DNA from: an uncultured Veillonella sp.
GTDB lineage: Bacteria; Bacillota; Negativicutes; Veillonellales; Veillonellaceae
DNA length: 64,000 nt
Direction of reading: 5' to 3'
Assembly (NCBI GenBank): GCA_902477915.1
Contig: CABSJA010000003.1
Span: forward strand, 3,156 to 67,155
Shown here: positions 40,085 to 50,094 of the stretch, in pieces
How the letters are laid out: each line of letters opens with the position of its first letter
Position numbering within the stretch: the stretch's first letter is position 1
Translations under genes and position numbers: made by a program
Notes under the pieces: generated by a model
What the model was told of the DNA's origin: nothing
Seen by the model: only the letters and a program-made list of their open reading frames with translations
Database searches by the model: none

Positions 40085-40828
40085 TTAATCCTTACCGATA
40101 CGTGATACCATGTATGCACCAGTCAAAATTGGAGCAATATCACGAGCAAAGTTAATACGACTATTTTTAGTCAAGTAAAGAACATCCCCTTCTCGCATAA
40201 TATAGTTTTCGGACATATCTCCAGTTTGTAACATGCGATTTAAATTAATAGGAATTGGTTTTTCAGGATTGTCTTGATGAATTAAGTAAATTTTCTTTTT
40301 AGCTGTATCCCAGTTAAAGCTACCAGCAGCACCAATCGCATCAATAACAGTACTAGACTTAGTCAATGTATAAGCACCAGGCTTATTAATCTCACCGAAT
40401 ACGTACACCCGAACTCCTCCGAGTTTTGTAACATTTACAGTAATATCCGGATTAATAATGTACCGAGATAAACCTTGCTGCAATTGGGCGGTAAACTCAT
40501 CGACGGTTAAACCATCTGCTTTTACTGGTCCCACCATAGGGAATGATACATATCCGTCAGGACGCACAGTATACATAATATCGTTACCATTACGTGTACC
40601 AAGATCTGCTTGTTGTACAACTTGAATAGTTAGTTCATCACCTTGTCGTAGACGATACTCTTTATCAGAGCTCACAACAGATGCACTCGTTTCAAGTGGT
40701 GCATGCCCCTCTGATTGTAATATTTTAGAATCGTAAGACTGTTCAGCTGTTACATTAACAGGTGCAGCCATGGATGTTGTTGTGACACATAAGAATGCGG
40801 CCATCATCATATACTGTTTTTTATTCAT
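40085..40828 (-). CDS. wza: Wza-like polysaccharide export protein (short)
   Basis: Signal peptide; YRLRQGDEL, VRPDGYVSFP.VG, GEINKPG SLBB domain; amphipathic C-terminal helix. Confidence 0.88.
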   Translation of the reverse strand: MNKKQYMMMAAFLCVTTTSMAAPVNVTAEQSYDSKILQSEGHAPLETSASVVSSDKEYRLRQGDELTIQVVQQADLGTRNGNDIMYTVRPDGYVSFPMVGPVKADGLTVDEFTAQLQQGLSRYIINPDITVNVTKLGGVRVYVFGEINKPGAYTLTKSSTVIDAIGAAGSFNWDTAKKKIYLIHQDNPEKPIPINLNRMLQTGDMSENYIMREGDVLYLTKNSRINFARDIAPILTGAYMVSRIGKD

Positions 40829-41165
40829 ATTTTACCTCTTTGATTTACATTCAACTCACTCAATACATCACTTATTTTCTAAGATTATTAATCCTAAAAA
40901 ATCGGTTAAGTCATTTTATCATTATTTTAAATTTTCTTCCATAAACGCAGACCATTCTGAGCTAACTTCATCAAAACTTTAAGAAGGAATCCCGTAAATA
41001 TAAGGTTTTCACCATCTATTCATGGGTATTTTTTTACTCACTTCACTCACATTTCACCCGATTTTTTCATTTATTTTCGATAAATAAATTAAATATATAT
41101 AAACTCAATTCACCATCGCTTCACAAAATCATCAAAATCTCATCAAATTTATTGATGAAACAAAA

Positions 41166-41209
41166 AAATAAGGTGTATATACTAGCTTTCTAGTATATAC
41201 ACCTTATTT
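41166..41209 (-). terminator. Terminator after the liv operon
   Basis: Perfect 20-bp stem AAATAAGGTGTATATACTAG-cttt-CTAGTATATACACCTTATTT. Confidence 0.85.
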
Positions 41210-41246
41210 AAAATTTTAGATAAGTACTACTGACTTAAGGTATTAA

Positions 41247-41957
41247 TTATTCAACACGACCGCCTAAATATGCTTCCATAACGCGAGGATCATGACGTAC
41301 TTCATCAGCTGGACCAGATAATACCATTTTACCTGTTTCCAATACATACGCGTAATCAGCAATTTTCAATGCTTGTCGTACATTTTGTTCTACCAAAAGA
41401 ACAGTAGTTCCTTCAGCACTAATTTCTTTGATAGTTTCAAAGATTTCATTTACTACTAATGGTGCAAGACCCATTGATGGTTCATCCAATAGTAAGAGCT
41501 TTGGACGTGCCATAAGTGCACGACCAATAGCTAACATTTGCTGTTGACCACCAGATAGAGTACCACCTAATTGGTAACTACGTTCGTCAAGGATTGGGAA
41601 GCGTTTAAATACTTTTTTAATATCTGCTTCAATCTCATTATCGTTACGGATATAAGCACCCATTTCTAGGTTTTCATAAACGCTCATATCTTGAAGAATT
41701 TGACGACCTTCAGGAACTAAGGAAATACCACCATGTACAATTTGATGTGTTTTATGGCCAGTAATATCTTGGCCTTCAAATAATACTTTACCAGATGTTG
41801 GTTTTACAAGCCCCATGATGGTTTTCATAGTTGTAGATTTACCGGCACCATTGGCACCAATCAAAGATACAATAGAGCCTTGAGGCACTTCTAAACTAAT
41901 ATCTTTTAAGGCTGTAATATGTCCATAACCAGCCACGATGTTTTCTAGCTTTAACAT
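41247..41957 (-). CDS. livF: Branched-chain amino acid ABC ATPase
   Basis: GANGAGKS, VPEGR, LSGGQQQ, DEPSMGLAP. Confidence 0.93.
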   Translation of the reverse strand: MLKLENIVAGYGHITALKDISLEVPQGSIVSLIGANGAGKSTTMKTIMGLVKPTSGKVLFEGQDITGHKTHQIVHGGISLVPEGRQILQDMSVYENLEMGAYIRNDNEIEADIKKVFKRFPILDERSYQLGGTLSGGQQQMLAIGRALMARPKLLLLDEPSMGLAPLVVNEIFETIKEISAEGTTVLLVEQNVRQALKIADYAYVLETGKMVLSGPADEVRHDPRVMEAYLGGRVE

Positions 41958-41958
41958 A

Positions 41959-42720
41959 TTACGCCTCCTCTTTACCTAAGTAAGCTTCAATTACAGCCTC
42001 ATTATTTTGAATTTCTTGAGGTGTACCTTCAGCAATCTTTTTACCAAAGTTGAATACTACCAAACGATCACAAATATTCATCATCAATTCCATAGCATGT
42101 TCAATTACGACAACAGTAATACCAAGATCGCGAATCTTACCAATCAATTGGCGCAATGCTTCTGTTTCACTATCGTTCATACCTGCTGCTGGCTCATCGA
42201 GCAAAATTAATTGAGGATGCGTTGCCAAAGCACGTGCAATTTCAAGGCGACGTTGTTTACCATATGGCAAAGATGTAGCTACCTCTTCAGCATCTTCTTC
42301 AAGACCTACTAGCTTTAAGAACTCATAAGCAATGCCACGACAACGTTCTTCTTCAATGCGTTGGCGTTTAGTTCTTAAGAAACTAGCAATGAAACCAGAA
42401 CCTGTTCGGCAATGCATACCTGTTAAAACGGTTTCCAAAGCTGTCATATTGCCAAAGAGACGAATATTTTGGAATGTACGAGCTATACCCATTTCAACTG
42501 TTCTATGTGGTTTAATGCCTACAACAGACATACCATCAAATACGATTTCACCAGAACTTACAGGGAATACACCTGTAATCAAGTTAAAGAGTGTAGTCTT
42601 ACCAGCACCGTTTGGACCAATAACACCAAATACTTCGCCTTGTTTTACGCCAAAGGATATACCGGTGAGAGCTGCAACGCCACCAAAGCTTTTACTTACG
42701 TCATTTAATTCTAATAGCAT
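41959..42720 (-). CDS. livG: Branched-chain amino acid ABC ATPase
   Basis: GPNGAGKT, RTFQNIRLF, LPYG, DEPAAG. Confidence 0.93.
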   Translation of the reverse strand: MLLELNDVSKSFGGVAALTGISFGVKQGEVFGVIGPNGAGKTTLFNLITGVFPVSSGEIVFDGMSVVGIKPHRTVEMGIARTFQNIRLFGNMTALETVLTGMHCRTGSGFIASFLRTKRQRIEEERCRGIAYEFLKLVGLEEDAEEVATSLPYGKQRRLEIARALATHPQLILLDEPAAGMNDSETEALRQLIGKIRDLGITVVVIEHAMELMMNICDRLVVFNFGKKIAEGTPQEIQNNEAVIEAYLGKEEA

Positions 42721-42731
42721 TCAGTTCCCTC

Positions 42732-43745
42732 CTATCCTTGTTTTTCTTCTTGTTGTTTACGTTTATACGCTTCAAAACGTTCTGTTAATACTTGTGATTC
42801 AGGAATATATGGAGCTTTTTTAAAGCCTAATTTACGGCTAATTTTATCTACCATAGATTCTGTTAAAATACCATCTGGGCGAACTGCCATCAAGATAACA
42901 AGCAATGCACCGTAGATGATGTCCCGATAATCGGATAAGAAGCGCAATACTTCTGGCAATAATGTAAGAATAAAGGAGCCTAATACGGAACCCCATACAA
43001 CATTAGAACCACCAAATACAGGGAATAATAAGATTTGTACTACCTTATGGTAGCTAAAGTCTGTAGGATTGATAAAGTTTGTAATATGAGCATACAAACC
43101 ACCGCCAATACCAGCGATGAAAGCACCAATGATAAAGGCCATCATCTTGTAGTATACAACGTTAATACCCATTAATTCTGCTGCATGATCATCAGCCTTA
43201 ATCGCTGCAAAGGCACGACCAACGCGGCTATTATTAATGCGTACACAGAAGGCAATAATCAATACTAAGATTGCCAATAGGATAATGATAGCCATTAAGT
43301 TGCCCCATGCAACAGCATCAATACCCATCAAACCATCGATATCAAGTTCATAGGCTAAGTTTGTTAATTCTTGAGGAATGGATGGAATACCAGAAAGGCC
43401 TAATGCACCATTAGTAATATCCAAGTTCAAGAAAATAACACGCACCACCTCGCCAAAACCAAGAGTAGCAATGGCAAGATATAAACCGCGAAGACGTGTT
43501 GTTGGTAAACCGATAATAACGGCTACAAGACTGGCAACTAGGCCACCAATGATAATGCCTACAACGATAGGCAAATCAGCTTTCAAAGAAAGGATAGCGC
43601 CTACGTATGCACCAACGCTCATAAAGCCAGCAGCCCCTAAAGAAAGCTGACCACTTGCAAGTGTAAAGTAAATAGAGATACCCATGATGGCATTGATGAT
43701 GAAGAACATCACGATCTGTAGATAATACGGGTTCAATAAATCCAT
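42732..43745 (-). CDS. livM: Branched-chain amino acid ABC permease
   Basis: GQLSLG, RLRGLYLAIATLGFGE. Confidence 0.92.
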   Translation of the reverse strand: MDLLNPYYLQIVMFFIINAIMGISIYFTLASGQLSLGAAGFMSVGAYVGAILSLKADLPIVVGIIIGGLVASLVAVIIGLPTTRLRGLYLAIATLGFGEVVRVIFLNLDITNGALGLSGIPSIPQELTNLAYELDIDGLMGIDAVAWGNLMAIIILLAILVLIIAFCVRINNSRVGRAFAAIKADDHAAELMGINVVYYKMMAFIIGAFIAGIGGGLYAHITNFINPTDFSYHKVVQILLFPVFGGSNVVWGSVLGSFILTLLPEVLRFLSDYRDIIYGALLVILMAVRPDGILTESMVDKISRKLGFKKAPYIPESQVLTERFEAYKRKQQEEKQG

Positions 43746-44626
43746 TATGGTCTCCCCCCTTTATCTTTAGAACCAAACAAGCCTTGTGGGCGCCAGAATA
43801 ATAATAGGATGATGAGGCCAAAGGCCACAGCATCACGGAATGTAGATGCGCCATAGGCAACAGAGAAGATTTCTGCTACGCCTAAAATGAAGCCGCCAAC
43901 CATAGCGCCTGTAATATTACCAAGGCCACCTAAGATAAGCACTGCAAGGCCTTTAAAGCCGATGATAACGCCCATTGTAGGCTCAATAGCATTAAAGGAC
44001 AAACCTACTAATACGCCTGCAGCAGCACCTAAGGCAGATGCAATCATAACAGTAACAGATATAATCATGGTTGGATTAATACCCAACAAAGCTGCCGTTT
44101 CAGTGCTCATGGATACAGCGCGGATAGCCTTACCAATTTTAGTTTTCTTAATAACTACATTAAGAATTAACATTAACACAACAGAAACGCCTAAGCCAAT
44201 AATTTGTACCATGGAAATTTTGAAAGCTCCAAAGTCGATTAGGCCACCAATATAATCTGGTGGGAAAGATCTTGTTTGAGGGCCCCAAAGCAATAATGCC
44301 AAACTTTCAAGGAAAATAGAAACACCAATGGTACTGATAAGTGGTGCCAAGTGAGACACCTTTTTCTTACGTAGTGGACGAAGCGCCACAAATTCTAAAA
44401 GATAACCGAGGATAGCACCTACAGCCATAGCTACGATAAGGGCTACAAAAATGTTAACGTTAAAAATTGTTACCATAAAAAGACCAACGAAGGCACCTAT
44501 CATAAAGATGCCTCCGTGAGCCATGTTGATAATATTCAAAACACCGAACACAAGTGTTAAGCCAATAGCGAGTACAGCATATAAGCTACCGAGGGTTAAC
44601 CCGTTAACTAATTGTTGTAAAAACAC
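43745..44626 (-). CDS. livH: Branched-chain amino acid ABC permease
   Basis: QQLVNGL..GSLY...IGLTLVFG..INMAHG. Confidence 0.92.
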   Translation of the reverse strand: MFLQQLVNGLTLGSLYAVLAIGLTLVFGVLNIINMAHGGIFMIGAFVGLFMVTIFNVNIFVALIVAMAVGAILGYLLEFVALRPLRKKKVSHLAPLISTIGVSIFLESLALLLWGPQTRSFPPDYIGGLIDFGAFKISMVQIIGLGVSVVLMLILNVVIKKTKIGKAIRAVSMSTETAALLGINPTMIISVTVMIASALGAAAGVLVGLSFNAIEPTMGVIIGFKGLAVLILGGLGNITGAMVGGFILGVAEIFSVAYGASTFRDAVAFGLIILLLFWRPQGLFGSKDKGGRP

Positions 44627-44640
44627 TATACTACCTCAAC

Positions 44641-45789
44641 TTATTTTGTTAATGCGTCAAATTGACCGTTTTTAATTTGTAATACTTGAACTTCCATGGA
44701 AGGATCGCGTTTTTCGTTGAACTTGAATTGACCAGTTACACCAACGAAGTCAGCAATATTTTTCAAAGCTTCGCGGAATTTTTCACGATCTGTAGTAGAA
44801 CCTGCTTTTTTCAAAGCTGCTTCATAGAGGTATACTGCATCATAAGCTTGAGCTGCGAATTGGTCTGGTTCTTTACCGTATTTATCTTTGTAAGCTTTAC
44901 GGAAGTCTTTTACCTTTTGATCGTCTTTGTTAGGGAACCAAGGTGTACCTACGATAACACCATCAGCTGCAGCACCTGCAATTTTAATGAATTCAGGGCT
45001 ATTAAAGCCATTGGAACCAATTACAGGTTGATTCATACCCATTTCACGCATTTTTTTCATGATTAATGCGCCTTCTTGGTAAAGAGAAGCAACTACGATA
45101 ACATCAGGTTTTGCTTGTTGAATCTTAGTTAATTGTGCAGAGAAATCAGTATCTTTATCTGCAAATGTTTCAGTATCAACAATTTGTACGCCTTCAGATT
45201 CCAATGCTTTACGAGCTGTATTATTTACAGATACCATTTGGTCATTGTTGTTGGAGTACATAATAGCTGCAGTTTTGAAGCCTAAAGTTTTATGTGCTTC
45301 TTTAATTGCAGTATCTACTGCCAAGGATTCAGGTACAGCATTACGGAAAATGTAATCGCCGATATCTGTAATACCTTCAGCTGTTGTAGATGTACCAAGA
45401 GCTACGATTTTGCTTTTGTTTGCTACAGGACCAGCTGCCATCATTTCGCCAGATAACATTGGGCCGATAACAGCTACAACTTTATCCTTAGAAATTACTT
45501 TATTCATTGCATTAATTGCTTCGTTTTTATCACCTTTAGTATCTTCTACTAATAAGTTGATTTTTACAGCATTTGCATCAGCGTTAATTTCGCTTACTGC
45601 CAATTCTGCACCAGCTTTAATGGACTCACCATATGCTGCTGCACCACCAGTTGTTGTTGTTAACAATGCAATTTTAGCCTCATTGCTATTTGCATTACCT
45701 GCATCTTTATTACTGCCACAACCAGCAGCAACTGCCATTACACCAGCAAGACCAAAAATGGCTGCTTTTTTTAACATGGATTTATTCAT
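44641..45789 (-). CDS. livK: Branched-chain amino acid ABC substrate-binding lipoprotein
   Basis: Lipobox VAAGC; PBP type I motifs (DFSAQLTKI, AQAYDA, GVTG). Confidence 0.9.
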   Translation of the reverse strand: MNKSMLKKAAIFGLAGVMAVAAGCGSNKDAGNANSNEAKIALLTTTTGGAAAYGESIKAGAELAVSEINADANAVKINLLVEDTKGDKNEAINAMNKVISKDKVVAVIGPMLSGEMMAAGPVANKSKIVALGTSTTAEGITDIGDYIFRNAVPESLAVDTAIKEAHKTLGFKTAAIMYSNNNDQMVSVNNTARKALESEGVQIVDTETFADKDTDFSAQLTKIQQAKPDVIVVASLYQEGALIMKKMREMGMNQPVIGSNGFNSPEFIKIAGAAADGVIVGTPWFPNKDDQKVKDFRKAYKDKYGKEPDQFAAQAYDAVYLYEAALKKAGSTTDREKFREALKNIADFVGVTGQFKFNEKRDPSMEVQVLQIKNGQFDALTK

Positions 45790-45898
45790 GCTACACCCTT
45801 CCTTTGAAACATAAAACTTTAAATCTATATCTATATTATTAGAGTTTTCAATTTTTTGTCAATTAAAATAACTCTATAATAATATATACTATTATAAG

Positions 45899-47818
45899 TT
45901 ATTCAGATAATCGTTCCCATTTCTCATACAATGCATCTAACTCACTTTGTGTAGATTCAATTTGTATGGAAATTTTGGACATTTCATCTAAATCTTGCTG
46001 TACTACAGGATTAGCCAATTGCACTTCATACATCTTCATGGTTGCTTCTAAACGAGCAATTTCAGATTCTACCTCAGCTAATTGTTTTTCCACCATATAT
46101 GCATTCGGTTTCTTCTGAGGTTCCTCTGTCGGTTCTGATGTTGAAAGTACTGGTTCATCAAGTGAAACAACTTTATTTTCAACTTTATCACTCTCTGAGT
46201 TCTGTTCATTAGCTAATGCTAATAAATCTTCTTGTTCTTTCAGCTTTTCTTTATAGTACGAGTAATTACCAAGATATTCAGTAATTTTTCCATCATCTAA
46301 AACAATGGTTTTTGTAGAAACTTGATCTAAGAAATATCTGTCATGGGAAATAATAAAACATGTACCTTCAAATTGTTGCAAGGCTTGTTCCACAATTTCG
46401 CGCGTTGGAATATCTAAATGGTTCGTCGGTTCGTCTAAGATAAGAAAATTATCACCTTGAAGGAATAATTTTAATAATGCTAAACGAGCTCTCTCACCAC
46501 CAGATAAGTCACCTACAAGCTTAAATACATCATCCCCTTTAAATAGGAATGAACCTAATACATTACGGGCCTTCTCTTCAGTGTAGTTAAAGTGATTCAT
46601 AACCTCTTCTACTACCTGCCAAGAATCATGTAGTTCTTCATGCTCTTGCGAGAAATATCCCACTTGTACGCGATTACCGATATCTACGTGACCATTCTCA
46701 GGAAATAATTCACCTACAATAGTTTTTACGAGTGTCGATTTACCTGCCCCATTAGGACCAATAAGAGCTACTGATTCACCTCGTCGAACTACGAGTGATA
46801 TATCATCAATGATAGGACTTTCACCATACCCTACTGATAAATGATCTAGGACAAGAACCTTATCCGCACTCATCGCTGCAGGAGGGAAAGAAAATTGTAA
46901 ATGATGTGAGGTTACCGGTGCATCAAGTCGTTCTAAACGGTTAAGTTGAGACTGCCGGCCACGAGCCATTTTAGATTTTATACCTGCACGATATTTATCT
47001 ATATAGGCCTCTGTCTTCTTGATGTACTCCTGTTGTTTCTCATAGGCCACCATATCTGCTTTCAAACGTTCATCCCGTTGTTGAATATAGCGGCTGTAAT
47101 TACCACGATAGATTGTCGTCTTATGGTTATCTAGTTCTACAACACCAGTGACAATACGATCTAAAAAATAGCGGTCATGGCTGACGATGAGAATACCGCC
47201 AGGATAGGCAGATAAATAACCCTCTAGCCACTCTAACATGTCCATATCTAAATGGTTAGTTGGCTCGTCTAAGAACAAAAAGTCTGGACGGCGTACCAAG
47301 GCTTTAGCTAAATTAATGCGAGTCTTTTGACCACCAGAAAAAGCACTAGCGGGCTTATCTAAATCCTCATCGGTAAAACCAAGTCCATAAATGATACGTT
47401 TAGTCTTTTGCTCATAATCATAGCCACCTAGCCATTCTAAACGATTTTGCAAATAATCCAATCGCTGCAGATCCGATTCACTAGCTTCTTCAGACTCCAA
47501 ACGCGTGGTAAGTTCTTTTAGTTGCTCCTCTAATACATGGACATCGGCCCAAGCTTTTTCAATTTCTGTAGCTAAACTATCATCTCCTAGATTTACATCT
47601 TGTTGTAAGTAACCAATACTGGCTACAGGAGACTTAACTACATTGCCTTCATCTAATTCTTCATAGCCTAATATGCATTTTAACAAGGTGGATTTCCCAG
47701 CCCCATTAGGTCCTACCAAGGCTAGTCGCTCACCTTCTTTTATCTCAAAAGACACATTGGAAAATACTTGGCGCACCCCAAATGATTTTCCAAGGCCTAT
47801 CATTCGAATGCGTTCCAT
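45899..47818 (-). CDS. ABC-F family ATPase with C-terminal coiled coil (Uup/YdiF-like)
   Basis: Two NBDs (GPNGAGKS x2, DEPTNHLD x2), interdomain linker, no TM. Confidence 0.92.
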   Translation of the reverse strand: MERIRMIGLGKSFGVRQVFSNVSFEIKEGERLALVGPNGAGKSTLLKCILGYEELDEGNVVKSPVASIGYLQQDVNLGDDSLATEIEKAWADVHVLEEQLKELTTRLESEEASESDLQRLDYLQNRLEWLGGYDYEQKTKRIIYGLGFTDEDLDKPASAFSGGQKTRINLAKALVRRPDFLFLDEPTNHLDMDMLEWLEGYLSAYPGGILIVSHDRYFLDRIVTGVVELDNHKTTIYRGNYSRYIQQRDERLKADMVAYEKQQEYIKKTEAYIDKYRAGIKSKMARGRQSQLNRLERLDAPVTSHHLQFSFPPAAMSADKVLVLDHLSVGYGESPIIDDISLVVRRGESVALIGPNGAGKSTLVKTIVGELFPENGHVDIGNRVQVGYFSQEHEELHDSWQVVEEVMNHFNYTEEKARNVLGSFLFKGDDVFKLVGDLSGGERARLALLKLFLQGDNFLILDEPTNHLDIPTREIVEQALQQFEGTCFIISHDRYFLDQVSTKTIVLDDGKITEYLGNYSYYKEKLKEQEDLLALANEQNSESDKVENKVVSLDEPVLSTSEPTEEPQKKPNAYMVEKQLAEVESEIARLEATMKMYEVQLANPVVQQDLDEMSKISIQIESTQSELDALYEKWERLSE

Positions 47819-47845
47819 TCATAACCTCCTAATCATTACCCTTTA

Positions 47846-49234
47846 TTATACCACAATTGCCCGAACTAATATTAGCATCTCTATAGAATCTTTTGTTTTT
47901 CTACTATGTCGGAATAATTTACCTAGTAAAGGAATATCTCCTAAAATAGGTACTTTTTGAATTTGATGTTGATCGCGATTATCCATAAGTCCACCTATAA
48001 CGAGTACCTCTCCAGGTTGTAACCGCACCCGTGTATGTGCTTGCCGCGTACTAATTTTATAAGCTTTCATTTCGGATACCATGATAGGTGTACTTACTTC
48101 AGCGTGAATTTTTGCATCTACACCGCCATCCCCAGTAATAATAGGCGTGTAGTTTAACTTAATCCCCACCTCTTCATAACGTGTAGAACGCTTACGTTCG
48201 CCATTCACTTCGGACTCTTCTATAACAGGGATACGTTCACCGATCAAGATATGTGCTGTTTCACCATTTAAGGCCATAATAGATGGCTTAGCAATTAGCG
48301 CGGCTTTACCGGAACTTTCCATAAGACTCAACTCGGGTTTCACAAAAAATTTATAGGCTTCACCACCGGGTGTTTTACCAAAGGTAACGGCCCCGTAAGA
48401 ATTAGTTTTATCTTCACCATGTCCTGTCAAGCTAAGCCACGACCACCGAATGCCTTGCTCCTTTGCATAAGATTGTTCCATAGCAATGACTGTCGCTTCT
48501 AATTGTACTTGCTTAGGCTCCTTATCTATAGCTTTAACCAGTGTTTCTACACGCCGTTTCTCTCCACTAGTCAAATGCATAATCACTTCATTTTGTTCTG
48601 AAAGTACCGCCATTTTATCATGTTTCACAACAGTGCCCATTATATTTTTTAAAGACTCTGCTGGCAAATGCTCCGGTGTTATAACATATAATTCTCTATT
48701 TTCAAGTGCTTTGTCATCTGGCTCAATAAGAATCGTATTATATTGTTTTGAAACGGAAAAATGATATAGCCTTCCTAATTCTTTTATAAGATCCTCTGGT
48801 GTTTCACCTTGCACAGTAGCCGTAATGTTACCTGTTAAAGATTCTACACCCATAACAGATATACGATAACTCCGACAAATCCCTAATACTGTTTCTTTTA
48901 GAGAAGCATTACGAACGGATATCGTAATTGATCCTTTTGATTTTCTCAGCTCGCCCTTTTCATTAATTACGTTATCCTTTTCTATGTCATTATTATTATT
49001 TGATTTACCATTACTAATTTCTCTATCTAGTGAGTCCCTATCGCTTTCTAGATTAGTAGTTACTGCTGGCCCTGTATTACTCGCTAATACTATAGAAGAT
49101 TCCCCTAATGATGCATATAGAAACATAACCACTATTATAATTATTTTTAGTAGTATGCTAGCTTTGAATAGTTTTTTTCTTACTATGGTCACTCTACTAC
49201 GTAAGCAATCCTTACCTAATTGATTTTTAACCAC
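47846..49234 (-). CDS. Secretin (PilQ/GspD/HofQ-like)
   Basis: IDKEPKQVQLEA, GETAHILIGERIP, VGIKL..TP, VIGGL, KVPILGDIPLLGKLFR. Confidence 0.92.
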   Translation of the reverse strand: MVKNQLGKDCLRSRVTIVRKKLFKASILLKIIIIVVMFLYASLGESSIVLASNTGPAVTTNLESDRDSLDREISNGKSNNNNDIEKDNVINEKGELRKSKGSITISVRNASLKETVLGICRSYRISVMGVESLTGNITATVQGETPEDLIKELGRLYHFSVSKQYNTILIEPDDKALENRELYVITPEHLPAESLKNIMGTVVKHDKMAVLSEQNEVIMHLTSGEKRRVETLVKAIDKEPKQVQLEATVIAMEQSYAKEQGIRWSWLSLTGHGEDKTNSYGAVTFGKTPGGEAYKFFVKPELSLMESSGKAALIAKPSIMALNGETAHILIGERIPVIEESEVNGERKRSTRYEEVGIKLNYTPIITGDGGVDAKIHAEVSTPIMVSEMKAYKISTRQAHTRVRLQPGEVLVIGGLMDNRDQHQIQKVPILGDIPLLGKLFRHSRKTKDSIEMLILVRAIVV

Positions 49235-50046
49235 CGTGATGAACCTCCTTCAACGATTTCTACACCACTTGCACTTATATTAGAGACAGTAACGCCATGC
49301 CAAACCATCCCAACAGTAACCATTTGCTCCTCTGTACCTTTTCGTAAAATAGCAATAATCTCATTGCCCTCAACAATACCAACAAGTTCAACAGGCTGTT
49401 CCATACTCGAAGAATTTAACCTACTATGAGACTTTGAATTAATTTGATTATTAGTAAAATCATCACTGCTATCACTAATGGTTTTATCCCCTGTGTGTTT
49501 ATTCTTATTCTGTGTTCTCCTGGTTTTATACCTATTAGTCCGTCCTTTATATGTATCCCTGCCTGAGTACTTACTATTATTAAACCCTTGCATATCATTA
49601 ATGCTATCAGCCACTTCATCTACATCCTTAGTATCTTCATGTCTACCATGTACATCATTATCTGGTAAATCTTTAAAAACCTCTCTCCAAGGATGCCCGC
49701 GTTCCACGCTGCTCACATCATATAACAAACGGCCTTCACTTTTAGTTTTTAGATTGTCATCTTTTCTCGTTTCTTTAGCATCACTGTTATGATGTTTCTG
49801 TCTATTATGTGATATTCCTTCTGATGATTCTTTTGAACTTAATCGGGTCTGATTATTTTCCCCACCATTAACATGCTCAGGTTGTATATGAACACGTTCT
49901 TCTTCGTGAGGATATAAAACACCAACGATTAATATGCCAACTATAATTACAAGAAAAACAGAAATAATAATTTTATAGTGACGAATAATAAAATACTGTT
50001 TATCAATCCATAATTTAATGCGTTGTATATAATCTTGTAAGTTCAT
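49216..50046 (-). CDS. Membrane-anchored protein with PilP/GspC-HR-like C-terminal domain
   Basis: N-terminal TM, long charged disordered linker, C-terminal ELVGIVEG..IAIL....VTVG.....VTVSNIS; overlaps the secretin start. Confidence 0.6.
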   Translation of the reverse strand: MNLQDYIQRIKLWIDKQYFIIRHYKIIISVFLVIIVGILIVGVLYPHEEERVHIQPEHVNGGENNQTRLSSKESSEGISHNRQKHHNSDAKETRKDDNLKTKSEGRLLYDVSSVERGHPWREVFKDLPDNDVHGRHEDTKDVDEVADSINDMQGFNNSKYSGRDTYKGRTNRYKTRRTQNKNKHTGDKTISDSSDDFTNNQINSKSHSRLNSSSMEQPVELVGIVEGNEIIAILRKGTEEQMVTVGMVWHGVTVSNISASGVEIVEGGSSRWLKIN

Positions 50047-50066
50047 ATTCCACCTCCTGCTGACAT

Positions 50067-50092
50067 ATTCTAGGAGGTCCTTTTAAATTCCT
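50067..50092 (-). promoter_or_regulatory. Putative SigH/ComX-type promoter
   Basis: GTAGGAATT...GAATAT, i.e. AGGA-18bp-GAAT just upstream of the RBS. Confidence 0.45.
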
Positions 50093-50094
50093 AC

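Noticed and set aside
40829..41165. Invertible (phase-variable) promoter or ops/JUMPstart element for the capsule locus
   Set aside because: No long flanking inverted repeats, recombinase or GGCGGTAG motif found by eye
45899..47818. ABC-F as an antibiotic resistance factor
   Set aside because: Housekeeping context and Uup/YdiF-like architecture; nothing visible supports an ARE subfamily
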